Source: Mizuhopecten yessoensis
Taxonomy: Eukaryota
Assembly: GCF_002113885.1 (NCBI RefSeq)
Contig: NW_018485984.1
Span: 1,398,919 to 1,462,918, forward strand
Reading direction: 5' to 3'
Length of the DNA: 64,000 nucleotides
The translations under genes and the position numbers were made by a program. This document shows, one piece after another, positions 1 to 12,700 of this stretch. The notes under the pieces are model-generated. The model was given only the letters and a program-made list of their open reading frames with translations. It had not been told where the DNA came from and ran no database searches. The stretch's first letter is position 1; each line of letters opens with the position of its first letter.

Positions 1-1439
1 AAAATCCCCATGGATTACGCTTTAGTTTATCAACGTTCATCAACGTTACATCGGTCATAAACGCAGAAGTAATGTAGCTAATCAGAATGTCTCACCCACG
101 CTGCTATTTTTGATAGTTATAATTGTTGCAGATTAATATTGGTTGCACAGGTGACACGTAAAAACTAAAATTATACAAAATATATGTGCTTTACTGAGGC
201 CATACTAATAAAAATTGATATATTATATCGGCAAAATGTGTTTGGGCAATGCAAGCAAACTAGTGAAACGCAGTGTAGTTTGATTTAAGTTTTACTGCAT
301 AGATTTGCGAAACCACATCAGGTGTATTGAGACGGAATTTAATATCTTAGAAATAATAGTCTTTTGGGAAAGTTTAAAATAAAAAAAGCAAATTTCGTCA
401 TTTCCAGATATCGGAATGCGCACACAAGGATGTCATTTAAAGGTATTGTCGTACATAGATGCGTCCACGTGTATTACAATATGTAGAAACATAATATGAA
501 AGCGAGGTGTGATATTAGACTGCTATTTATGTTCATATTAAACTGGAAGTTACAATAACTGAAAGAAGAAATTCATACATGTATATGTACTTTAGAGCTT
601 ATACATGAACATGTACGTGTGGTAACATATTGTCTCAGAATAATGTTTAAGAAATAACTCAATGTCTAAAGTTTTCCGAAACGTATGAAAAAAAGCAGCA
701 AAAATATGGAAGGTGTGATTTTGTAATCCCTTATCACGTTACAAATCTTCATTATTTAGCTCATTTATATACGTCTGCCGTTAGTCTACACTCACGTCTT
801 TTTTAAAATAAACCAATTGTTTTTGCATTTGTTTTTTGTTCTATCTATTTATTTATTAAGTCCATAACTTTCCATTTTAATAAAACACACGAAATTAGGA
901 CCGGCGTAAATAGAGACCTTCACATGGTTACGTTACCGTTCGGAGATTTACAAAATATAATACTGTATTTCTCATCTTATAGTTATCCAAGTCTATTAAC
1001 GGAATTATTAACTATTAATAATACTGAATCTTCATCTACAGCTTTGGTTCAAAAGAACTGCACATCAACGTACTCTTGTATCTTATCAATGTAACTCAAT
1101 TGTGAATCTATTATTTACTTAACATAGAACATGTACATATGAGTATACAGAATACAAGCTATCTGCATGTAATGCTACAACGTCATATCGGGAAGCAATC
1201 ATATACATCATGTACATAGATACAATCTTTATTTACAGAAAAACACATTCTAATTTTATTTCAGCTACATTTATTATGGTAAAATGCACCGCTGAACCCA
1301 TTCGATAAGCATGTATCATCTCCGCATCGTTTCCGAAAAGTGTGGTTGTTTTTGTATTGGTATCCCGGTGTTCACATTCAAAGTAACACATCAGGTCTAG
1401 CGTCAAATGTTATACCATTGTATCATATCTAGTAACATA

Positions 1440-1775
1440 GTTTCACTAAAAACAATATGGAATGCTCCATTGAAGGGTTTCACTAAACGTTATGTGAAAT
1501 GTTGAGTTTGATAGACCCACTAAATACAGTATTACATGTTCCCTTTAAAGGGTTTCACTAAACGTTATGTGAAATGTTGAGTTTGACAGACCCACTAAAT
1601 ACAGTATTGCATGTTCCCTTTAAAGGGTTTCACTAAACGTTATGTGAAATGTTGAGTTTGATAGACCCACTAAATACAGTATTACATGTTCCCTTTAAAG
1701 GGTTTCACTAAAAGTTATTTGCAATATTGAGATGAATAGTTTCACTAAACACAATGTTGAATGTTTCAGAGTGCT
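1440..1775. repeat. 75-bp minisatellite (three near-identical copies plus degenerate flanking copies)
   Basis: AAGGGTTTCACTAAA starts at 1473, 1548, 1623 and 1698. Each unit holds two related ~37-bp halves containing CACTAAA. Confidence 0.92.
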
Positions 1776-3619
1776 ATTCTAGACACATTGTTCAAAGTTA
1801 CCGAGTTTCATCAAATAAAAAAGGGAAATGTTATATTTTAAACGTTTCTTTAGAGGCATGATCATTGTAAATTACAAAGTATATTTTAATAATACGTTGA
1901 TCTTCAGTGAAAGGGTTTCGTTTAATGCAATGTCGAATATTGAGTTTTTGAGTGCCTACAAATAAAATGAATAACGATCAATCACAAATATTCAATTAAT
2001 CATATAAGAAGAAATTGTTATACAGCGTATTTCGTAAATTGCACCACCTTTGTGAGATGCATGTATGTTGTTGTTTAGCAACAGGACACTATTGTAAAAG
2101 TAGAAACTTTTTTGTTATTTTTACAATACAATCGCTGCAATATCTAACGTTTCACTTGAACAATGTTCACCTCTCCAGCTACAAAATGTAAATACTTAGT
2201 AGGAGGTCAATTATATTTAATTATCTACAATATATGGATATTAACCGAATATGTATCATGGATGCTGTGGTTCCAGTATATTCAACAACAGAATAGATGA
2301 TTATATGCATAAGAATACAATGTACCATCACGATGTAACATTGAGTTTGGGTGGGGAACTGTAACAAAATATATCAACATTGCCAGTATATCGTAAATGT
2401 ACTTCATGGAATTTATTTAGCCATTTTAATTGATATCATCAACAATACACATGAAAATCTTTTTTAAATTATGAAAAACCTCCAAGTACGTAGTTTCTTA
2501 ACAAAGCGGAAACAATACTTGATATTAAGTCTAGTTTAGTTGCAGATACCAAGGTGATATTCTGATATGATATTTGACTGTATTATATATTTAATGCGGT
2601 TAAAGAATTTCTGATCATTACAATGTCTTTTAAACAAATGCGGGTGTCAATTTCGGGGACTTGTAATAATCACATCGTGGATATGAACAAGTTTCCAAAA
2701 GATACATCTTACCATAGGCTCCGAAACATGCCAGTTGATGACAATAAACCTAAACAAAGGAAGAAGACCTACTTTTATGATCAGTAGTTCGGAGAAAATC
2801 TTATCTTGCAGAACTCGTAAAATGATCACGTTTGTCCAGTCGGGAACGCTAAACTACCAGCAATATAGCACTAATACGGTTATATGTTAACTGTCAATTG
2901 GCCTTCACATTTTCGCTTACGGTATTAAATTGTTTCCAAAGGAACTCTATGGAGCCATTTACAAAGAAACGTAAAAGTTTTATTTAGTAAATCAAAGTAG
3001 TGTTGCAGAGCACACGAGGTCGATTACATCTATGCTATTGGATAACTCTTCGAGCATCTGGAATTAACACCATTGCTTGTATTGCACATGCTCACACATA
3101 CCATACCACGTGACAAAGCCGTGAATACTAATTAACCACGTACATGTCATCATTAAGGACATTTAAAACATTTAATTAAGACCATGTCAGCAAATGTCTT
3201 GCTTTAAAGGGTTTAAAATGCATATTAGTTAGGGAATATTCATTGGCTGCAAATGAGAGGAACATTCTGTTAGGTTTGCATTGTAGAGATGTCGGGATTT
3301 TGACAGGCTACGTGATCCCACTTCCTTGTTATGGACGCTTCCGTAAGATAGATGCGTTTTAACATGATTGTGACACGTATTCATATCCTGTATTTGTTTT
3401 AGTTTTGGGTACTACTTTATGATGCAATAACTTCTATAAAAAAATACTTAATAAGAAAATGGTAACACAATGTCAAATCTATACCGCATTTTGTATTGTT
3501 GGAGCTTGTCCTTTCGACACATGGTGGTGTTATTTTAGTGGATACAAGATATAAAATATTAATATTAAGGGTGAACGCGAGTTACTATATTCAGCACTGG
3601 TCACAACAAAATAACACGT

Positions 3620-4800
3620 GGAGTAACAAAAATTACAACACGTTATAGGATGTTATTAAGTAGAGTAATTACAACATGACATAACTTAAACAATGTGAAA
3701 TATTTAATAAACAATAAACGACATTATTTATATTAAAAGCGAGATGATGGAATAATGTGGAGTGACCAGTAAATATAGTTGGCCTTAGATACGAGATAGC
3801 ATAATTTATCATGAACACACTATGACAAAAATGGGAACAAAGTCATGTATTTTGCAATGAACAGGAAAAAAATGTTGGGAGAACAACAGAAAACAGTTTT
3901 TGACTGGCCATAGCATAAGATAAGAAATTACAATAGTGCTTGAGTACGAGGTACAACATGGCATAAACACGAGATCCAAAATCCATATTGAAAACGTAAT
4001 AGCATAAATACAAATTGATCAGTTAATATATTTTAGATAAAATATGACATGTATTTTATAACGAACACAAAATATTAGTAAACTTCGAATGTAAAACGTA
4101 AACTGTAGAACAAAAGATAGTATCATGTAAATTGAACGGAAGATGAAAAATGTTAAGTGAAAATAAAGATGTTATAATAAAAGTGAACAGAGGATGATAA
4201 GATATAAAGTGAAATGACGATTACTTATCGCTTATGTTTTTTGTTGAGGTTAAATCCCGGTCAATAACACTTTCTACTGTCCATATCACCACAGATTCAC
4301 CTAAAAGGTTAAGAATTGTTATATTAAACCATTAAACAAGATCAACTTACAAAAGGAGGGAGAAATTTCTTGGAGAATTGTGACCTTTTAATTGAACTGA
4401 CGTCATGAAATGAAGATGTATCTAATCTTTCTAACACCAAGTCAATATCACAAATGTTGATGTAGAAGAAAAAGGATGTATGATGATGCTGAGTACAGTA
4501 AAGGTGATACGATTGTAAGTGAACGAGGGTGATTTAAGGTAACAGTGCGCTGGTTAAGTAAACCGGACAGGATATATTGTTCGGTGAACAGGACATTATA
4601 TTATAAAAAAAAGAACGGCAGATGCTATATTGTAAAGTGAACGATCGACATTGTAACATAAGTAAACAGAAGATAATTTAATGTGGGTTGAAAGAAGATA
4701 ATATAGCATTAAGAAAATAAATGATTATATAATAAGAGGATACCATATCAAATAAAAGTAAGATACAGCAATGTGAAGTGAACGAGATATTATACATGCA
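3620..4800. repeat. Highly decayed purine-rich minisatellite (~25-30 bp units, motif AAGTGAACAGGA..ATAT)
   Basis: Recurring AAGTGAAC/AGTAAAC/GGTGAAC followed by GA-rich bases (e.g. 4181, 4517, 4583, 4635, 4661, 4776), with strong A/G strand skew. Interrupted around 4230-4450. Confidence 0.5.
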
Positions 4801-5310
4801 TTAGCTTTATTCAGGTATCCGTATGATGCATTCAATTCATCAATTTAAAATTGAAACATGTCTATTTCTCATTGTTAATGGCATCTTTTTTTTTTACTTT
4901 TACCGTTTGCTTTTACATATTTTCCTGCTTATGATGTATCGTCAAATTTGGTTGGATGTCTCCTTGGCTTCAACAATTGTATTTCCGTATCACGTCTGAT
5001 GTTCCAGCATGTCCCTGAGCGTTAGAGCTTCATTTTTTTCATTTTCTTTCCTTTTGTTTCGATTTTCATGTCAAATATTCTACCTGTGCTATGAAAGCGA
5101 ACAATTAATAACTAATTAAAAGCATTGGGATATCTGTCAATCTATTAGTTAAAATTGTCATCATTCAAATGCTTATGCATAATAATGTTTTAATAATCAA
5201 TATATTGTCAATCAATATCTATACGAGATAGATGTAAATAGCAGTACAGTAGTGTCGTGTGTAAACATAATGAAATGTCATGTGTTGAATCTGGTATGAA
5301 ATATGTATCA

Positions 5311-5333
5311 ATATATATATATATATATATATA
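5311..5333. repeat. (AT)11 microsatellite
   Basis: Direct reading. Confidence 0.9.
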
Positions 5334-7216
5334 AACATGCATGTTAGAAACGCGTACAAGGGCACTACAATTTGAAGATATGTAAAACAATTGCGATATC
5401 ATCAAACAAAATGATTTACAGGTTAGTTTGTAACGATGGTTTTAGAAGAACAAATAATTAATTTGATCAAAATGCTAATCATACCTTCCAAGCATAATTA
5501 TAATACAAAGCATGCATCTCGGCAGACCTTACTGCACACGTAAGTCTAGACGCCCTGCATACCGTTACACAATTACGATCGAAAATAACCTTTCTTTTAA
5601 TTTATGTTGGGTGAAGAGATGTTTCATCAAACATAACCTTCATCGAATATTCACATTTACAGGTCGAGTTGTCGAAATAATATTACTAATTTGCAATTGA
5701 TTTGCATGCACATGAATGTTAAGTTGACATACTCACCTACAACCCTACTTTTCATGTAACATAACTTCCCTACCCTTAATTAACCTATAATTGTCAAAAA
5801 GGGCACATCAATTGACAATATATATTTAGGTAAGCATGTTGCTCTAGTAAATTGGTCACAGAACAATTTAACTGATTAATACAAACAATTTATGTCCAAA
5901 CGACTCTTAAGTAATAACAAAAGCATGGCCTAATATGATCATTGAATACGTAGTGTGCTATCAAAGAAAAGGAAATTTTCGAGGCAAGAAGCCCTTTCCA
6001 TGACGTAGTAACGTGAAACGACAACAAAATGCATAACTCAGCACAGAAAAAAACGTAAACATGAGAGAATTATAAATAATAAAATACGAAACAACTAAAT
6101 CTCGTCCTACAAAAGTAAGTCACCGAACAGGCATTTTGACAAATCGCTACTTTTACACACTTCTGTTACAATATGTTAATGTGATGATTCTAAGACAATT
6201 ATGTTTGAAGAAACATCCTGTCATCTACATATATTTTCATTTCCATTGTACATTCCTGAGATATCTTACAAACCGGAAATGCTGTTATAGTTCAAAATCA
6301 GCAAGAACTATTGATTGAAACTGTTCCGGGTTTTATTCAAATTAAGGGCTAAGGTTTCAACGCGCTAGGTGAAGTTGGTATTTTCGGTTATCTAATGGAT
6401 ATATTGTTGGTCCACCAATGTATCAATGCGCTAGTCTTTTAAAAGAAAGTGCGTCAAAAACTTAAGACCGCGAAAATGGACTTATTTGCAGTATTCGATG
6501 GTAATTATGCAACGGTATGTGTGATATATATACTTCTTTGTGCAGTGAGGCCATTAGTGCTACAAGCTTCGTATAAGATTTGTTCAAACTTTCCTCAAAA
6601 CAACGAATTCCTTAGATCTTAAACAATGACGTAAAGAAATAATTGGTAGGGATCGTGGTATGCCTATTCTCTTCTAAAAAACAATATATATGCTCTTTCA
6701 ATAACTCACAATTCACTTTTTTTTTTCGCGAACTAACCTTTCCAAAAGACAGTTACCCGTGTTTTCCGGAAATATACGTCTTGAATAATTGCTTGGATTT
6801 GCAATCGATAAGAAACGCCAATTTAAGCCAAACAAAATGCTAAACCAACGTTAAGATAGTTTATCCATGTAAATACGAAACAAGGAGGCACCATTTTATG
6901 AAGCTAAAACAAGCGAATAAGTTACCGCACTATATGGTTATTTTGTCCTTTTAGGACAAATATGTTCGGAAATATATGTCGAACATAGCGAAATGAAGAA
7001 ATGCCTATGAAATCCTTTATTCATGTGACGGTTCAAACCTCCAACTTTTGACACCAACAGATAATATATGCTCCAATTAGAATTTCATCTATAAAGTGTC
7101 GGGATAAATAAGGGCTCAAAGGAGATGACCAACATCCAGGACTGTTAGTCCACCAACAGATTCAGCCAACATGTGACATACAAATATCACTAAAAAACAA
7201 GAATTTTCATTTCATG

Positions 7217-7418
7217 CATTTAAGGACCCCTTCGCACTGCATTGTGTTCTTTTAGTACATACAAAAACCTCCCCTTATGGTTGTTTTGGGTATAAAATAA
7301 GCACAGTTGGGTCAGGAATTCCTCCCTTGACGAGGTAACTAAGTCGGTCAGAGAGACATTATAACAATATGAGGTCCTGTGTTCAAATTCCGGTCCGTCC
7401 CTGCTAAATTTTAACACT
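7217..7418 (+). mobile_element. Repeat with internal tRNA-like module, copy A
   Basis: Aligns with copies at 9515-9701(-) and 23145-23306(+). A shared leader TTTAAGGA-CCCC..C.CACTGCA..TT.TATATAC..TAACCT precedes A-box-like GGTAACTAAGTCGG, B-box GTTCAAATTCC and a TTTTAACACT end. Confidence 0.7.
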
Positions 7419-7897
7419 CCCATCACTTTTGCTGATTATATTTCGTTTATCTAATTTCATTTGCATTAAAGTCCCGCAAGATACACGCATGGTTTTCTTT
7501 TCAGACGTTGATTTATCAAAGCTATAGTCATGCCGGTGAACAGTTTCCAGTGCAAAATTACAGGTTTTTTTTGGCATAGGTACGGGAAGTGTATACATGT
7601 ATCTCTTCACTAGGAAAAGTAGATGGGTTTCCTTTTTTCCGGTAACAATTGTTTTCTGAAGTAATGGACATCTGATTGAAATTAGTTTCAATTATAAGTA
7701 ATATTGTGATTTTCGGTTATCTTTCATTGTTATTCAAAGAGATGTTTTGTTTTTTTAACGTTTTGAATATTTCCATATACTTTTTTTTCATGTTTGATAT
7801 GAATCATGGAACCATTGAATAAGAAATAAATTACGGCTTATGAATGATTCTTAGAGGGTGAAGAAAAACACACATTGAGCGTTGAAGAACTTATATA

Positions 7898-8247
7898 ATA
7901 ATAATAATTCAAAGTTCTTATATACTGCTTTGTCACAACCTAGACCGTAGGTCGTCCCAAAGCAGTTCACAAATTATTATCAGTGTTTATAGGGCCTTTG
8001 AAACCAGTCAATATCTTTCTCAACTCCCTGTGGACCATACAGCCGGTGCTGCCATTTTGGTGCTCACAGATAGCATTTAACAATTCCAGCACTGTTCAAC
8101 CACGTACTCATGAGCAGCTGTGAGTTGACTGGAACAAGTGGAGTAAAGTATCGTGCTCAAATATACAAAGCAGTGCCGTGCCGTGACTCAAACCCGCAAC
8201 CCTTCGGTCACGAGCCCGGCGTCCTACTACTCGACTACCGTGCCTCC
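7898..8247 (-). mobile_element. tRNA-derived CORE-type SINE
   Basis: Minus strand shows a tRNA-like head (GGAGGCACGGTAGTCGAGTAGT... with B-box-like GGTTTGAGTC). It is followed by a CORE-like block (TTGAGCACGATACTTTACTCCACTTG...), a LINE-like 3' end (TGTGAACTGCTTTGGGA...AAAGCAGTATATAAGAACT) and an (ATT)n tail. Confidence 0.8.
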
Positions 8248-9514
8248 ATAACCTTGAATAGTATTAACTAAAACAAACACTCAACATAATTTGCCCATGC
8301 ACTACAATAGTAAAACTGTTTTTCTAATGTACCATAGCAAAGCATTTAACACAGCTTCACCCTTTGGGCACGAGGAATATATACAAATTACAACAAATAC
8401 TTTATTAGTCAGTATGCTCTGCTGTATAAAATGCATAGTATCACGAATAATGACAGCTGGGAATATATTATAGTAGCAGATGAAGGACCACCATGTATCC
8501 GTCTGCTAAAATAGTTTATAATAGAAAATATGTGATGGCCATCGTGAAATAGGACTTGTGTTTCTGGCTGTCGTTATAGAGATATTTTCTTGGGGAAGAA
8601 TATCTAAAAAATCACATGAAAACTTGAACTTGAATTTGAACTAAAACATTTAAAACTCAAAATATTATGAAATTGGAACATGTTAAGATTTTACTTTAAC
8701 GAATGACTTCTTGCTTTTGATATGAACCAACTATCAGAATCCTGTACCTGCATTCAGGTAAAATTTGCAAGTGTTCTACTCGTTTAAATAAAAATTGTTA
8801 ATTCATCCATCATACATAAATTATGCATATTTCAAATCAAAATGAACTGTATCCTACGTCACTCCTAACAAATGCCTTAACTAAAAATTAGTTATTCTGT
8901 CTTAATTTAGGGTACTAAAGACAATTTATGCGAAGTTTGTGATAATTATTGGAGTGAGTCGCTTAAGTTATTCCTTCAATTACCTTGTCTGCGAAAGGTC
9001 TTCTGTAGCAATGTGTGACCATGAATATAAAGATTATTAAGTATTGGTTTGTATGAGTTAGGACATAAATATCACAATATAAGCAGTTGCAAATACTTTG
9101 AACTGTGTTAGAGTTTGTTGTATTACGTTTCAGTGATAGCATATAAACGTAAGTGAACCCTCACTATACCGTTATCATTTGTACAGAGAACAAGAAAGGG
9201 GTCTGATGAAAAACCAGGGAGTCGTATATGCATCTCGAAAAAAAAATATAAAAATTTATGTGACTTGACGCACTAGGTGCATTTTATAGAAGTTTAAGTC
9301 CAATCAGTTGATGTCTCTTTGAATACTATGTCTATTTGTTCATATAATCTATATTAAGGATACATGCACCACTGCCAAAAACTAACATAGTGTTTGAAAC
9401 CGTTTTTGCTAGAAAGACTCTAGCTTTGATAACTCAATGTCTGAAAAGAATAACATACAAAACGGTACTTTATGAAAAAAATAAAGGTGAAATAAACATA
9501 ATATAATCAACAAC

Positions 9515-9701
9515 AGTGTATAAAAATCATCAGAGTTAGACCTAGATTCGAACCTAGGACCTCAGATTTTTAAGCTGTTATTCCTCACCGACTGAGCCAC
9601 TTGGTAAAAGGACGTGCTACAGTTATATCCGAAACGAAATCAAGAAGAGGTTACAGTATATACGAAAAACAAGAGTGCAGTGGGACGGGGTTCCTTAAAT
9701 G
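9515..9701 (-). mobile_element. Repeat with internal tRNA-like module, copy B
   Basis: Minus strand reads CATTTAAGGAACCCCGTCCCACTGCACT...GTATATACTGTAACCTC...TGGCTCAGTCGG (A box)...GAGGTCCTAGGTTCGAATCTAGG (B box)...TTTTTATACACT. Confidence 0.72.
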
Positions 9702-12700
9702 AAATAATAACATTGCTTATTATATTACAGTTTGTTTTATTAAATTACTCAACATCGTCAAAAACACATAATTTCAAAAAGGATAAGCATTATATTGGCA
9801 TCAATTGTCTCCTAACAAGAAAATGAATATAAAAAAAGGGATTAGAGAGTATCAGACTAAAATTGTAGACTTTATTTATCATATCATTTTGTTTTCAACT
9901 CGTAACTAGATATTTCTTTAAATGAAGCAATTATATGCCATACCTCTTTCTTTGAGTACTACTTACCCAACAGATTCAGTCAATCAGAATTTCTATTCAA
10001 TAAAGAAAAAGGAATGGTATATTACATAATTCTGTTTAACTTGAAATACAAAAAAAAGGAAGTATATAATTATTTCTTCATTTGACATTACAATTGATAT
10101 GCATTAAAGTTTAAAAAAAATATCTAAGAAGAAGTTATTATGCGTTCAATCATATGCACATTTCCTGAAGGATGCGAGTGTGACAAAAGCTACTAACTAT
10201 GACCTTCAAACATTACCGATCAATCCAAATAGCAAGGCAATCGATAATACATAGACCTATATACATAATATAATATAAGCCTGTTTTACGCTGTCGTGTA
10301 TTGAAGGAGTCGCAAGGCAAAATTGTAACTAATCAGTATCAAATCAGAATCGGACTGAAATGCTTTAACAATTAAATTGGAAAAGACAATGAGCTTTTAT
10401 AATAATTAAGCTCAACACCCAGAAAAGTGGAGCATGAACATTGAATATTCATGGATATTTCCTGAAAAAACTGTATTCTGCCTTAGGGGTCTACTTGGAT
10501 TAAGGATCTTGTCATCTGAGTAACAAAGATAATGATATCACTTTCGCATGGCCTTATTTGCATATTGCTTTACATCTTACAATGACTATGGCAGAACATT
10601 TCACCGTTTATGTAAAATGGAATGTACGTTGCATGTTGTGGTATGTGCTCTAAAACTACCAATTCACAACTTATCAAGCTACAAAATCCAATATTGAGCA
10701 TTTTTTGAAGGGCATTTTTGTGCGACCATTGGATATGAAGGCTACTTTACAGGTGAAAATTATAAAATTTAATCAGTGTTTATTTTTAGATAAAGAACAG
10801 CAATCGCATTAAATATTTAAAACATGAGATCAAGGTACGTCGATGTAGTGAATAACTGCAGGTGACGGCTATAAGGTGTGAACAATGCACCGTCAACGTA
10901 ACAGCTTGCCTGACTATTAACGCAAGGTATGCTTATGATATATACACTATACTAAGAACTATGAAATAGCGATTATATTATTATATAGGAAAGAAGGATA
11001 GCACATGTTGATGTATCCATTGGTTCCTTGGTGTCTGTTTCCGCAAGGGTATATATCCCCCTACTCCCCATTCATTATTTCTAACTATGCATTTATTTTT
11101 CATTTTTAACCATTATAGCTGGTACAGTATATCTTTATGAGGAATACACTGTAAACATATATCTAAGGGTAGTGTTTTGGAAATTAAAACAAATCATACC
11201 TTTTTAACAAAGACATCTTAAATGATAAGATGCAGATGCTGCTGAAATATCATTGCTGTATGATGTTGCGTCGAAAAAACAAATATCTCCAAAGCCTAGT
11301 GTCATTAAGTCCTTTACTTTCAATGCTATTATACAGCCATTCACTGATTGAAAATGGAGGATGATACAAACACGAATAATGATGAAGGACATATTTTGAG
11401 GGAAATTTTAATATGTTTAATGTCCTTTAATAAGAAACCTTAGTTTATTTGATAGAAACATACCCTACTATCTGTATTTAAACTCTCGGTACTAAAAACG
11501 GTTAAAGGGTATGGACAATTTATTTTATGACGGAACGTCTTTTATTAACAAAACTAAATGATAATTAAATAAAGCACATTTGTATACGCACTAGGTTATA
11601 CCTTCTAAAACGCTGATGGTTCATTTTGTTCAAGAAATACTAGTTAAAAAGCATGGACAATAGCGTTTTATTGAATTCATATGCTTCTTTGGATATATCT
11701 CAATGATTGAAATAAAAGCAAAATATTCATACATAAATCATCGAGAATGGGCAATAGATAAAACAATAGAATATTTTTATGGGCATATCTGTATACCTTA
11801 TCTTTTCTATCCCATCCTTTATAAATATCTTTTTTTGAGAAGATAAATAAATATTCATAACTTCAATATCATTTGAGTTTACATTTAGTATGTTTCTAGT
11901 AAAACAGGATGCCTCAGATTTTTAAGAAAGTAAATGACACCTGCTGCATCCGGAAACGTATATTTTTAATTGCTTAACTCGATATAAAGGACAGCTTAGC
12001 TGCGCTTAATCATGGTGAACTTCAATCTTTTAAAAGTTAGGAAGCACGTCCTAATATTGACCGTAAACTGTCCTCAGTTTATATTACAGCCACTGAAATA
12101 TATTTTATGTATTTATTATTATAGTTTTCTTCAGATGCTTTGGTATTTTATTTTATTTTCTTAATTTTAACACGAGGATACTAAGAGCCAAATATTAAAA
12201 TGGTTTAACAGCATATTTACATAAAGCTTTGAGAAGAAATTATTTAGTTCTAAATATTGAAATACTAATAATGATTTGACAATACTTCTGAAGGAAGCGT
12301 CGGCATTGTCCTCGGTCGATGTCTATCAAGGTAATCTATGCTACTCCCAAGCCCTAAGGCATGATAAATTGTATATTAGATGATTTATGAATTGATATAT
12401 TTTCTTGTATTTATACCTTAACTACAAATTATAATAACAGTAAAAATAATGTCAAAATATTTGAAATTGAAATTAATTCACAATTAAAGCAAAAACAATC
12501 GGCATTATGCATCGACTAGGGAGATCTAGATGACATTTTTGTCAGTTTGTATATGCCAAATACTTTAAATGGTTGTCCATACCTAAGTCAGCCGTTAATG
12601 GCACAAAACATATCATCACAGCTCTCTCCTTAAGTCAAACCACGCTTACGCATGGGCAAATAGCTAGCATATCATTTACAAATATATTCCTCATTCGATT

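Noticed and set aside
10862-10926. Possible 65-nt exon encoding VTAIRCEQCTVNVTACLTINA (Ly6-like start)
   Set aside because: Poor pyrimidine tract, very short, and no partner exons found. It is compatible with chance.
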